From Candidatus Falkowbacteria bacterium (GTDB lineage: Bacteria > Patescibacteriota > Patescibacteriia > Patescibacteriales > WJLG01): DNA of 64,000 nt. Within the stretch, counting starts at the first letter, position 1; each line of letters opens with the position of its first letter. The position numbers and the translations under genes are program-made. The notes under the pieces are model-generated. The model had not been told where the DNA came from, made no database searches, and saw only the letters and a list, made by a program, of their open reading frames with translations. Positions 7,721-17,064 of this stretch are shown piece by piece. Location of the stretch: positions 81,296 through 145,295 of the forward strand of contig CAVVFV010000003.1 of assembly GCA_963747695.1 (NCBI GenBank), read 5' to 3'.

Positions 7721-10700
7721 CTATTTCGCGTCTACAACCTCGATTGAGTCGGAGAATTCTTTTTTAATGGCGCCGACCAGATTGTCATCGTTCCGCACCC
7801 GAAAACCGGCCTGAAAGATCACCGGTTCGTTATTGCGCGTTATCTTGAAGTAAACCAGGCTCGGACCGGTCGCCCCGGCGAGCAGCTCTTTCAAATGGGC
7901 CGCTTCAGTCGGATCAAGCTCGCGTTTAAAGATTAATTTCAAGGGCGGCGGCTGGATCCGCGGCGGCGGTTCGGCCGGCTGGGCATTGGGACGATACATT
8001 CCGTTGCCATTGCCGTTATTGCCATAACCGTTGAATTGCCTTTTGGCCTGCACTTCGATCTTTTTAAAATCATCGATTGATTCAGCCAGCCTGTCCAACG
8101 ACAAGACGGCGGCTTTGTCCACCAGCAATTTCACTTCCTGATCCTTATCGGAAATTTTTCCCTGCACCAAGACGACTTTGCCCTCCTGCCAAAGTTCAAC
8201 GGTTGATTCGTAGAGATTGGGAAACACTAAAAGCTCGGTTGAAGCGACCGCGTCTTCGATCTTGACGAACAGCATCGGTTTATTGCTCCGAGTGATGATC
8301 TTCTTGATCAGCGTGATCACGCCGGCGGCGCGAACCGCGTCTTCGTTCAAGTGGGATGCCAGGCTGTTGATCGGAACGATCAGCTCTCCCAGTTGTTTCT
8401 TAAAATCGTTGAAAGGATGAGCGGAAAGATAAAGTCCCAACAGTTCTTTCTCCCAGGATAATTTTTCCTGTTGGCCGACAGTCGCCGACTTATCCAGCTT
8501 GATCCTCCCGGGCATATTGTTGGTGGAATTGCCGAAAAGGCTCGATTGTTTAGAATCCCGATTGCGGCTGACTTCTTTATTGTATTCCAGAAGTGCTTCC
8601 ATATTGGCCAAAAAGAGGCCGCGGTCGCCGAATTGGTCGAGCGCGCCGCATTTCGTCAGAGATTCCAGAGATTTTTTATTCAAATCCTTGTCCACGATCC
8701 TTTCCAAAAAATCAAAAATATCCCGATATTTGCCGTTAGCTTTCCGCTCTTCGATAATCACATCAACGATATGGCCGCCGACATTCTTAATCGCGTTCAA
8801 ACCGAAGCGGATGAATTCTGCGCTGCTATTTTCATCCTTGACCACGGTGAACGAAGCGAAAGATTCGTTGACGTCCGGCGAAAGAACTTTGATCCCCATA
8901 TTGCGGCATTCTTCGATCTCGATGGCGATGCGATCGATGTCCTGCTGGTCCGAGGTCAACAAGGCAGCCATAAATTCCGCCGGATAATGAGCCTTGAGAT
9001 AGGCCGTTTGATAGCTGGTCATCGCGTAACAAGCGGCATGCGCGCGGCAAAAACCGTAACCGGCGAACGGCTCGATGAAAGAGAAAACCTGCTCGCCCAA
9101 TTCTTTGGGCACGCCGTTCTTGACGCAACCGTCAACGAATTTTTCTTTCTGTTCGGCGAGCAGCTTAGCGATCTTCTTGCCCATCGCTTTGCGCAAAACA
9201 TCGGCCTGACCCATGGTGAAGCCGGCCAGATCGCGGGAAATCTGCATCACCTGCTCCTGATAAACCGCCACGCCATAAGTTTTGTCCAGGATCGGTTTCA
9301 ATTTAGGATGAAGATATTTTACTTTTTTGGTGCCGTGTTTGCCGGCGATATAATCAGGGATCCACTCCATCGGTCCGGGACGGTAGAGCGCGCCCATCGC
9401 GATGATATCTTCAAACACGGTCGGTTTGAGATCTTTCAAATACCGCTTCATCCCCGAAGATTCGAACTGGAAGACGCCGGTGGTTTCGCCGTCTTGAAAC
9501 AATTTATAAGTCAATTTATCATCCAGCGGCAGCTGATCCATTTTCAAGTCGACGCCCCGGGTCCGTTTGATGATCTTCAACGACGATTCGATGATGGTCA
9601 AGTTCTTCAAACCCAAAAAATCCATTTTCAATAAACCCAGATCCTCGATCGGATGCAGCGAATATTGCGAAACCACGGTCAGGTCGGAAGTCGAAGCATA
9701 TTGGATCGGTACGTATTCGGTCAGCGGCTCTTTGGTGATCAAAACTCCGCAGGCGTGCGTCGAGGCATGGCGGGCGACACCTTCCAAGCGCAGCGCGTAA
9801 TCGATTATTTTTTTGGCATCCGGTTCCTTGTCATAGAGATCCCGGAATTCTTTGATATTTTCCAGCGCTTCGGAAAGGTCGGTGAACATCGGGATGGCTT
9901 TGGCTAATTTATCGCAAAAATCATAAGGGATATCCAGTACGCGGCCGACATCGCGCATTGAAGCGCGGGCGGCGATCGTTCCAAAAGTGATGATCTGCGA
10001 AACATGATCCTTGCCGTATTTTCCCTCGACGTAGCGAATTACGGCGTCGCGGCCGGTGTCAGCGAAATCCGTATCGATATCAGGCATGGAGATGCGTTCC
10101 GGATTCAAGAATCTTTCGAAAAGGAGGTCATGGACGATCGGATCGATATTAGTGATACCTAAGAGATAACAAACCAGCGAACCGGCGCCGGAGCCGCGGC
10201 CGGGACCGACAATGATCCCCGAATCTTTGGCCCAATTGATAAAATCGGCCACGATCAGAAAATAAGACGGCCAACCCATTTTTTTTATTACCGATATTTC
10301 ATAATCCAGCCGTTCTTTTCTCACCTTGTCCATTTCTTCGTAAATTTTGCCGTAACGTTTCCGGCAACCCTCATGGGCCAGATGTTCGAGATAAGAAATT
10401 CCATCAAAACCATCCGGCACAGGAAAAAACGGCAGCAGAACCTGTCCGAGAGCGATTTCAACATTGCACATCTCCGCAATCTTTATTGTATTGGCAGCGG
10501 CTTCCGGAATATCTTTAAATGCAGCGATCATTTCCTCGTTAGAACGCAAGGAAAAATCCGTACCCATCATATTCATCCGGTCTTCATCCTCGACTTTCTT
10601 TTTATTCTGCAGGCAAAGCAAAATGTCCTGCGCTTCGGCGTCATCCTTGCGGAAATAATGGACGTCATTGGTAGCAACCAGCGGAACATTCAATTCCTGG

Positions 10701-11284
10701 GAAAAAGCGATCAAGGTTTTATTCAAGAAATCCTGGCCTTCCAGTTCGGGATGATCCTGGATTTCCAGATAAAAATTATCCTGACCGAAAAGTTCGTTGT
10801 ATTCCAAAATCCTTTTCTTGGCTTTTTCCATTTGTCCAGCTTCAATCAGATGCGGGATCTCGCCGCCCATGCAGGCGGTGCAGCCGATCAGCCCGTCGTG
10901 GTATTTTTCCAATAATTCCCAATCGATTCTCGGCTTGTAATAAAAACCTTCCAAGTGCGCGGCCGAAACCAGCTTGATCAGATTTTTATAGCCTTGGTTA
11001 TTTTTAGCAAGTAACAATAAATGATGATTGGCTCGATCTTCGACCGTTTCTTTGAACATCCGGCCGCGGGGCGCCAGATAGGTTTCCACGCCGATAATCG
11101 GTTTGATCCCCTCTTTCTTACATTTTTCATAAAACTCAATCACGCCGTACATCGTGCCGTGATCGGTGATGGCGATCGCCGGCGAACCTTGCTCTTTGGC
11201 ATACTTAACCATCTCGTCGATCTTGGTCAGACCGTCGAGTAAGGAATAATGAGTATGATTGTGGAGATGGACGAAACTCATCAA
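7721..11284 (-). CDS. dnaE: DNA polymerase III alpha subunit
   Basis: 1187 aa. PHP domain start FVHLHNHTHYSLLDG, polymerase core GSGAGSLVCYLLGITNIDP and PDIDTDF, then an OB fold. A C-terminal extension of about 110 aa follows a Gly/Asn/Pro-rich linker. Confidence 0.95.
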   Translation of the reverse strand: MMSFVHLHNHTHYSLLDGLTKIDEMVKYAKEQGSPAIAITDHGTMYGVIEFYEKCKKEGIKPIIGVETYLAPRGRMFKETVEDRANHHLLLLAKNNQGYKNLIKLVSAAHLEGFYYKPRIDWELLEKYHDGLIGCTACMGGEIPHLIEAGQMEKAKKRILEYNELFGQDNFYLEIQDHPELEGQDFLNKTLIAFSQELNVPLVATNDVHYFRKDDAEAQDILLCLQNKKKVEDEDRMNMMGTDFSLRSNEEMIAAFKDIPEAAANTIKIAEMCNVEIALGQVLLPFFPVPDGFDGISYLEHLAHEGCRKRYGKIYEEMDKVRKERLDYEISVIKKMGWPSYFLIVADFINWAKDSGIIVGPGRGSGAGSLVCYLLGITNIDPIVHDLLFERFLNPERISMPDIDTDFADTGRDAVIRYVEGKYGKDHVSQIITFGTIAARASMRDVGRVLDIPYDFCDKLAKAIPMFTDLSEALENIKEFRDLYDKEPDAKKIIDYALRLEGVARHASTHACGVLITKEPLTEYVPIQYASTSDLTVVSQYSLHPIEDLGLLKMDFLGLKNLTIIESSLKIIKRTRGVDLKMDQLPLDDKLTYKLFQDGETTGVFQFESSGMKRYLKDLKPTVFEDIIAMGALYRPGPMEWIPDYIAGKHGTKKVKYLHPKLKPILDKTYGVAVYQEQVMQISRDLAGFTMGQADVLRKAMGKKIAKLLAEQKEKFVDGCVKNGVPKELGEQVFSFIEPFAGYGFCRAHAACYAMTSYQTAYLKAHYPAEFMAALLTSDQQDIDRIAIEIEECRNMGIKVLSPDVNESFASFTVVKDENSSAEFIRFGLNAIKNVGGHIVDVIIEERKANGKYRDIFDFLERIVDKDLNKKSLESLTKCGALDQFGDRGLFLANMEALLEYNKEVSRNRDSKQSSLFGNSTNNMPGRIKLDKSATVGQQEKLSWEKELLGLYLSAHPFNDFKKQLGELIVPINSLASHLNEDAVRAAGVITLIKKIITRSNKPMLFVKIEDAVASTELLVFPNLYESTVELWQEGKVVLVQGKISDKDQEVKLLVDKAAVLSLDRLAESIDDFKKIEVQAKRQFNGYGNNGNGNGMYRPNAQPAEPPPRIQPPPLKLIFKRELDPTEAAHLKELLAGATGPSLVYFKITRNNEPVIFQAGFRVRNDDNLVGAIKKEFSDSIEVVDAK

Positions 11285-11320
11285 GTAGAAAGTAAAAAGT
11301 TAAAATTAAAAAGTAAAAAA

Positions 11321-11734
11321 TCAAGTTAAATTTTTATATTCCTGTTCATATTTATTAACTACTTCTAAAATCCACTTATGTCGGAGCTTATCAGTCATTG
11401 ATTCCAGCTCTTTAAGAGACAGCCATTTCGCATCCATAATTTCATTATTCGGAACATCTAAATTACCGCCAACTATCTTTCCGGCAAAAACATGTTTGGT
11501 AACACTCGCCTTCCAAACACCAACTTTTCCAGTTAACTTCACGAAATACCCCGTCTCTTCCTTAACTTCGCGCACTGCGGCCTCCTCAGGCGTTTCATCC
11601 GGTTCTAATTTACCGGCCGGGAAATTCCAAAGTCCATAAAATTTTTCTTTTTTTTCCTGAACGAATAAATACCGGTTATTTTTTTCCAAAATGGTGGCCG
11701 CTACTGTTAGAATCTTAACAATTTCTTCCGCCAT
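11321..11734 (-). CDS. NUDIX hydrolase
   Basis: Nudix box GKLEPDETPEEAAVREVKEETGY. Confidence 0.85.
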   Translation of the reverse strand: MAEEIVKILTVAATILEKNNRYLFVQEKKEKFYGLWNFPAGKLEPDETPEEAAVREVKEETGYFVKLTGKVGVWKASVTKHVFAGKIVGGNLDVPNNEIMDAKWLSLKELESMTDKLRHKWILEVVNKYEQEYKNLT

Positions 11735-11738
11735 ATAA

Positions 11739-12161
11739 TTATACGAAGTTTTTAAAGCTTTCTTCGTATTTCATCAACGCTTCCAGGATCCAGGGTCCAC
11801 GCAATTTACCGCGCATTGATTCGATCTCCTCAAAAGAAAACCATTGGGCATCCATAATTTCATCTTCGGGAAACTTTAAATCACCGTCGGTTATTTCCAC
11901 GGCATAGGCATGCTTAACCGCGTCTTCGACTTTGTCCTGAAAAATTCCCACCTTACCGATAATTTTAACCGTATAACCCGATTCTTCCTTTGCCTCGCGT
12001 TCCGCCGCTTCCTCCAATGTTTCGCCGACATCAACCCGTCCCGCAGGAAAATTCCAAAGACCGCGTGATGGCTCTCCCTTTTCTTGAACTAATAAATACC
12101 GATAATCCTTTTCCAAAATAGCCGCCGCTACCACCGGCACTTTGATTATTTCTTTCTCCAT
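11739..12161 (-). CDS. NUDIX hydrolase, tandem paralog; start probably at the internal MEKEII
   Basis: Nudix box GRVDVGETLEEAAEREAKEESGY. It is collinear with the downstream paralog along its whole length. Confidence 0.85.
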   Translation of the reverse strand: MEKEIIKVPVVAAAILEKDYRYLLVQEKGEPSRGLWNFPAGRVDVGETLEEAAEREAKEESGYTVKIIGKVGIFQDKVEDAVKHAYAVEITDGDLKFPEDEIMDAQWFSFEEIESMRGKLRGPWILEALMKYEESFKNFV

Positions 12162-12270
12162 ATTTTTATATTCTAATAAACACAAAAAATCTCACTTTAC
12201 ATTTTGAGATTTACATTTTGCACCTTGCAAACGCCTCCTTGTCAGATACATATTATCACAAAGAAAGAAT

Positions 12271-12303
12271 AAAAAAAAGCCGCCGGATCCGGCGGCTTTT
12301 AAA
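12271..12303. terminator. Perfectly palindromic terminator hairpin
   Basis: AAAAGCCGCCGGATCCGGCGGCTTTT. Confidence 0.75.
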
Positions 12304-12310
12304 GCTAAAA

Positions 12311-12601
12311 TTACAATTTAAATATCGCTTTCATCACGCTGGCCGCGTCGGCGCGCCTTTCCTTTTCCGCGTTTTTCATCCCCCTTTTGGCCAACTCGAC
12401 GACATCCGGCCTGTTCAAAATCGGCTTCAGGCCATAATGATCAATAAGGTCTTGCAAATCGGCAACATCGCCGTTTTTAACCTCGCGCAGAAAATGCTCC
12501 AAGCCGTTTTCATCCAAACCTGTTTCTTTGCCCATTTCGGCTGCGGCTCGCTGACTTTCGCTCTGTTCCGGTTTTTCTGGTAAGACTTCAAATGAAGGCA
12601 T
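12311..12601 (-). CDS. Hypothetical protein, 96 aa, acidic
   Basis: ORF followed by a terminator. No recognisable motif. Confidence 0.45.
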   Translation of the reverse strand: MPSFEVLPEKPEQSESQRAAAEMGKETGLDENGLEHFLREVKNGDVADLQDLIDHYGLKPILNRPDVVELAKRGMKNAEKERRADAASVMKAIFKL

Positions 12602-12616
12602 AAATTTAGGGTTATT

Positions 12617-12880
12617 TTATTGATTCAAATCGTTGCCGGTTACTGCATTCAGTCCGTTACTCATGATGTTTCCGTATTGACCGGATAAACTTTTGATCTG
12701 CGGCCAGAGCATGATCAAGCCGACTACGACGGGCGCGATGATCAAAACAATCACCAGCCACTGATAAATCTCAGCGCGGACGAAGTGATTCTTGATCCCC
12801 TTAACCATTATTTTCATTTCCGCCACATCCTCAGCTAATTTTTTTAAATCTTCATCCATAGATATTAAATAAAAATGCAA
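12617..12880 (-). CDS. Hypothetical small membrane protein, 87 aa, one TM segment
   Basis: The ORF has the hydrophobic segment WLVIVLIIAPVVVGLIMLW. Confidence 0.45.
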   Translation of the reverse strand: MHFYLISMDEDLKKLAEDVAEMKIMVKGIKNHFVRAEIYQWLVIVLIIAPVVVGLIMLWPQIKSLSGQYGNIMSNGLNAVTGNDLNQ

Positions 12881-12929
12881 ATCTCAAAATATAAAATTTT
12901 TCATTTTGAGATTTTAATTTTAAATTTAT

Positions 12930-13670
12930 TTATCCTCGTCCTTCACACTTCTTCACATATTCCCGCCCGATAGCCGCAAATTTTTCCATTTCTTTAGCGC
13001 TAAATCCTGGCTGGCCGCGCAAATTCATATCAATCAAAGCCGTATCGGATTTAAAATTCTGCAAAAACCATTTATCCGCGCCCCTGATCAATTCCCCCAT
13101 TTTGGCGAAAGATCCTTCGGTGACAAAACCAGGGACGCAAGTCGTTCGAAACTCGTAAGGCAGCCCGCTCGACATAATCAGTTTAACACTTTCCTTAATT
13201 TTATTGAAATCGAATTTGGTCCCGGTAGCGCGGTGGTAATCTTCCGGCGCGGCTTTCAGATCCATCGCCAGATAGTCGATCAGCTTATCGGCCAATAATT
13301 TTTTGAGCATCTCCGGATTGGTGCCGTTGGTATCGAGTTTTATTTTATAGCCCAAATCCCGAATCCGGCGGATAAAATCCGGCAAATCCGGGTGCAAGGT
13401 CGGCTCGCCGCCGGTGATAACCACGGCGTCCAATTTATTTTTTCGGCTTTCGAGGAAAAGAAAAAGACCATCCTCGTTTAACAGAGTATGATCTTTGTCT
13501 GTTCCTTTGCCTTGCGGCAAAGTATTTCCACTCCTATCCAAACCGGACAGGACAAGCATGGGATTATAGCAAAACGGGCATTGGAAGGTGCAACCTATCG
13601 TAAAAACCACTGCTGACAATTCGCCCGGGTAATCGATCAAGCTTAATTTTTCTAATCCACCGATTTTCAT
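12930..13670 (-). CDS. nrdG: Anaerobic ribonucleoside-triphosphate reductase activating protein (radical SAM)
   Basis: GCTFQCPFCYNP (CxxxCxxC) and ITGGEPTL. It is the last gene of the nrdR-nrdD operon. Confidence 0.9.
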   Translation of the reverse strand: MKIGGLEKLSLIDYPGELSAVVFTIGCTFQCPFCYNPMLVLSGLDRSGNTLPQGKGTDKDHTLLNEDGLFLFLESRKNKLDAVVITGGEPTLHPDLPDFIRRIRDLGYKIKLDTNGTNPEMLKKLLADKLIDYLAMDLKAAPEDYHRATGTKFDFNKIKESVKLIMSSGLPYEFRTTCVPGFVTEGSFAKMGELIRGADKWFLQNFKSDTALIDMNLRGQPGFSAKEMEKFAAIGREYVKKCEGRG

Positions 13671-13709
13671 AGCCTTAGCCGGTTAGAAACCAGCTAACCG
13701 ACCATGAAA

Positions 13710-13859
13710 TTAATTAAAATCCTTTTCGACCACGGAAAAAGTTTTCCGGTCGGCAAACTCGGCCTTCTTGCCCTTGTTCCAGTTCTTCACCGGCGTCAAC
13801 CAACCGACCACGCGGCTGTAAACGATGCATTCCTGTCTCTTGATTTTTGTCGGACTCAT
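13710..13859 (-). CDS. Stand-alone glycyl-radical peptide corresponding to the C-terminus of class III RNR NrdD (49 aa)
   Basis: Below the ORF-track size cutoff. My translation is MSPTKIKRQECIVYSRVVGWLTPVKNWNKGKKAEFADRKTFSVVEKDFN. YSRVVGW...NWNKGKK.EF..RK matches the NrdD glycyl-radical region (RVxGY type). AAGGAG sits 4 nt upstream of the ATG. Confidence 0.7.
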   Translation of the reverse strand: MSPTKIKRQECIVYSRVVGWLTPVKNWNKGKKAEFADRKTFSVVEKDFN

Positions 13860-14008
13860 ACTCCTTGAGTTAAGAGATAAGAAATAAGAGATAAGAAATT
13901 AATAGGATCTTCTATTAATTTTCTCATTCCAATTAGCTTAACCCTTTATTTTTATTTTAATTTTGTAAAAAAATTTTATCTCTAATCTCTGCTCTCTTAT
14001 CTCTTATC

Positions 14009-16153
14009 TTATGCTATGGCATTGATGATATCCCTTTCCTTGCCGCTATGGTTCGCTTCCTCAGCTTCGATTGCCACCGGTCGCGCCGTCATTTCTTCCC
14101 CTTTCGCTACGGCTACGGAGGACAAGTCCGCTGCCATTTCGCGATATCCCATTTCCTCGTCGCACTTGGGGCAGAATTTATGTTCGCCCGCCAGATAACC
14201 ATGCTTAGGACAGATGGAAAAAGTCGGCGTCAAAGTGAAATAAGGCAGATGATAACCGTAAACGATCTTCTTGATCAAACGCTTGGCCGCTTCCGGATCG
14301 TCGATTTTCTGGCCGAGAAAGCCGTGCAACACCGTGCCGCCGGTATATTTGGTCTGCAATTCATCCTGCAAGTCCAAGGCTTCAAAAATATCATTGGTAT
14401 AATTCACCGGCAAATGGGTGGAGTTGGTGTAATAAGGATCAGCCCCCTGTTTCACCGCCTCGTCGTTGGCCACGATGATGTTGGGATAGACTTCTTTGTC
14501 TTTTTTGGCAAAGCGATAAGTCGTGCCCTCGGCCGGCGTGGCTTCCAAATTGTATAAATTATTGGTTTCGTTCTGATAATTCTTCAGCTTCTCGCGCATA
14601 AAATCCAGAATCTCCAGGGCAAATGCTTTGCCTTCCGGCGAGGCGATATCCCGCTTCATAAAATTCAAGAGCGACTCGTTCATCCCGTTGATGCCAATGG
14701 TGGAAAAATGATTCTGCCAAAATTTACCGAATCTTTCCCTGATCTCGGATAGATAAAATTTAGAATAAGGATAAAGCCCGTCTTCGGTAAATCTTTCCAA
14801 AATCTTCCTTTTGATTTCCAAACTTTCCTTGGCCAGATCCATCAGATGGCCCAAGCGCATTTTGTAATCTTCTTTGTCCTTGGCTAAGAAACCGACTCGG
14901 GCCAGATTAATGGTCACCACGCCGATCGAACCGGTCAAAGGGTTGGCGCCGAACAATCCGCCGCCGCGCTTTCTTAATTCACGGTTATCCAATCTTAGCC
15001 GGCAGCACATACTGCGGGCGTCTTCCGGCTTCATATCCGAATTAACGAAATTGGAGAAATAAGGAATACCATATTTGGCGGTCATCTCCCAAACTCCCTT
15101 GAGCGAGGGACGATCCCATTCAAAATTCCGGTCAATATTATAAGTTGGGATGGGAAAAGAAAACATCCGGTGTTTGGAATCGCCGTCCAGCATTATTTCG
15201 GTGAAGGTTTCGTTGAAAATATCGATCTCCGGTTGAAAATCCTTGTACTTTTCCGGCATAATTTTGCCGCCGATCACCACGCATTCCTCGGCCAAAGTGC
15301 CGATCGGTTTGACGTCCAGGGTAACATTGGTGAACGGAGTCTGAAAACCGACGCGGGTCGGCACATTCATATTGAAAACGAATTCCTGTAAAGCTTGGCG
15401 GACTTCTTTCTTGGTCAGGTTGTCATATCTGATGAACGGCGCCAGATAAGTATCAAAATTGGAAACCGCGCAAGCGCCGGCCAGTTCGCCCTGCATCGTA
15501 TAAAGGAAATTCACTAATTGCCCCAAGGCGCTGCGAAAATGCTTGGCCGGTCCGGATTGCGTCTTCTCATCGACACCGGCGAAGCCTCTGACTAACAAGT
15601 CTTTCAAATTCCAACCGGCGCAATAGGAGGCCAGCATGCCCAAATCATGGATATGCAAATCAGCATTGATATGCGCATCTCTGATTTCAATCGGATATAA
15701 TTTATTCAGCCAATATTTGGCGGAAATGGAAGAAGCCAGATAATTATTCAAACCCTGGACGGAAAAACTCATATTGCTGTTCTCTTTAAGGCGCCAATCA
15801 GCCCGGCCCAGATAATCTTCCATTAATTTTTCGTCGTTGGTCTTGGCGTTGAGATCACGCAACTGGCGGTGCTGGTCGCGATAAAGTATAAAAGCTTTGG
15901 CCAAAGGAATCTGTTTGCTCTCAATCAGGGTCTCCTCGACCATATCCTGGATCTCTTCGACGGCCGGAATACTGCGGGCATGGAATTTCCTGGACAATTT
16001 ATCGACCACCTGGTTGGTCAGCTTTTCCGCCAAATCAGGGTCGTTGCTTCCCACCGATTCCTGCGCCTTTTTGATGGCGGCGGTGATCTTTTCCCGGTTA
16101 AAATCGACGATCTCACCCGAGCGCTTACGAATTTGCGAAATAATGTTTGGCAT
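14009..16153 (-). CDS. nrdD: Anaerobic ribonucleoside-triphosphate reductase, large fragment lacking the glycyl-radical motif
   Basis: 714 aa with an N-terminal ATP-cone, class III core blocks (MCCRLRLD, GVVTINL) and a C-terminal Zn ribbon CPKHG...CPKCD. It then continues with a non-canonical 45-aa tail and a stop. No RVxGY motif lies in this ORF. Confidence 0.9.
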   Translation of the reverse strand: MPNIISQIRKRSGEIVDFNREKITAAIKKAQESVGSNDPDLAEKLTNQVVDKLSRKFHARSIPAVEEIQDMVEETLIESKQIPLAKAFILYRDQHRQLRDLNAKTNDEKLMEDYLGRADWRLKENSNMSFSVQGLNNYLASSISAKYWLNKLYPIEIRDAHINADLHIHDLGMLASYCAGWNLKDLLVRGFAGVDEKTQSGPAKHFRSALGQLVNFLYTMQGELAGACAVSNFDTYLAPFIRYDNLTKKEVRQALQEFVFNMNVPTRVGFQTPFTNVTLDVKPIGTLAEECVVIGGKIMPEKYKDFQPEIDIFNETFTEIMLDGDSKHRMFSFPIPTYNIDRNFEWDRPSLKGVWEMTAKYGIPYFSNFVNSDMKPEDARSMCCRLRLDNRELRKRGGGLFGANPLTGSIGVVTINLARVGFLAKDKEDYKMRLGHLMDLAKESLEIKRKILERFTEDGLYPYSKFYLSEIRERFGKFWQNHFSTIGINGMNESLLNFMKRDIASPEGKAFALEILDFMREKLKNYQNETNNLYNLEATPAEGTTYRFAKKDKEVYPNIIVANDEAVKQGADPYYTNSTHLPVNYTNDIFEALDLQDELQTKYTGGTVLHGFLGQKIDDPEAAKRLIKKIVYGYHLPYFTLTPTFSICPKHGYLAGEHKFCPKCDEEMGYREMAADLSSVAVAKGEEMTARPVAIEAEEANHSGKERDIINAIA

Positions 16154-16218
16154 AACGGCAAGTTAGAAGGAAGAAGTTAGAAGTAAGAAAATTTTTCCGA
16201 TTTCTCACTTCTGACTTC

Positions 16219-16689
16219 TTACTTCTTACTTTTCTTTTTATCCTCTAAAATTTTATTTAAAGTTTCTTTAAAATCCTTGGCATTATTAAACGATTCGTAT
16301 ACTGAAGCGAAACGGATGTAAGCGACCACATCGGTCTCCTTCAAGTGTTTCATAACGATCTCCCCGATCTCTGCCGACGTTACTTCGTTCTTTTTCAGCT
16401 GTTGGATATCGCGTTCGATATTGTGGACCAATTTTTTGAAATCATCTTCGCTAACCGGCCTTTTCTCCAAAGCTTTTTTCAAGCCGGAAACCAATTTGTC
16501 GCGGCTATAAGCTTCTTTTTGGCCATCACGCTTGACAACTGTCAAATCCAAAATTTCCATTTCCTCAAAAGTCGAGAAACGAAAGCCGCATTTCTCGCAT
16601 TCGCGTCGCCGGCGGATCGAAAGTCCGTCGGAAGCCACCCGTGAATCGATAACTTTGGTATCTTCGTAATAACAAATGGGACAGATCAT
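16219..16689 (-). CDS. nrdR: Transcriptional repressor NrdR
   Basis: Zn ribbon MICPICYYEDTKVIDSR...CEKCGFRFSTFE followed by an ATP-cone. Confidence 0.95.
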   Translation of the reverse strand: MICPICYYEDTKVIDSRVASDGLSIRRRRECEKCGFRFSTFEEMEILDLTVVKRDGQKEAYSRDKLVSGLKKALEKRPVSEDDFKKLVHNIERDIQQLKKNEVTSAEIGEIVMKHLKETDVVAYIRFASVYESFNNAKDFKETLNKILEDKKKSKK

Positions 16690-16871
16690 AGAATATGATG
16701 CGAATCTACGAATTAATACTAATGCCGCGAAAACCGCGAATAATTTATGCGCTCATCCGCAAGTTGATCAATTCACATTTTTTGCGGCATTCGCGCTCAT
16801 TTGCGGATTCGCGTCATAACTTAGTGGGGAAATTGACTTTAGCTACTAATTGTGTCTTAATTATGGTTCAA

Positions 16872-16887
16872 ACCCCATATCTTGTGG
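16872..16887. promoter_or_regulatory. Candidate NrdR box upstream of nrdR
   Basis: The minus strand reads CCACAAGATATGGGGT, matching 12 of 16 positions of the acaCwAtATaTwGtgt palindrome as I recall it. A TATAAT on the minus strand lies about 10 nt upstream of it. Confidence 0.3.
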
Positions 16888-16982
16888 TATCTAATTATAT
16901 TATACACCTATCAAAAAGCATCGTCAAACCCCCTTCCCCACCCGGATTTATACAAAAATTAGCCCCATAGTTCGACTAAAAA

Positions 16983-17052
16983 TTATCCACAGGCTGAGTC
17001 GTTTCCATAATTATTATTTTTTAGTTTTCTGGATAAAAATTTCTGTGGATAA
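16983..17052. promoter_or_regulatory. Cluster of DnaA boxes: two perfect and one with a single mismatch
   Basis: TTATCCACA at 16983-16991, TGTGGATAA at 17044-17052 (inverted), and TCTGGATAA at 17028-17036. An AT-rich tract lies between them. Confidence 0.55.
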
Positions 17053-17064
17053 GTAGAAAAAACT

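Noticed and set aside
8471-9634. A 387-aa plus-strand ORF, together with many other long ORFs in the track, such as 1748-2326, 10373-10915, 30105-31142, 34963-35562, 36963-37586 and 14048-14557.
   Set aside because: All lie antisense to, or out of frame inside, strongly supported genes (dnaE, miaB, the surface protein, mtaB, argG, nrdD). Their translations are low-complexity or Arg/Gly/Phe-rich shadow reads without motifs.
13850-14160. Calling the nrdD interruption a group I intron outright.
   Set aside because: I could not identify P/Q/R/S core elements or a convincing P1 / guide pairing by eye, and the insert of about 300 nt is at the short end for such introns. The idea is kept as one hypothesis in the finding only.
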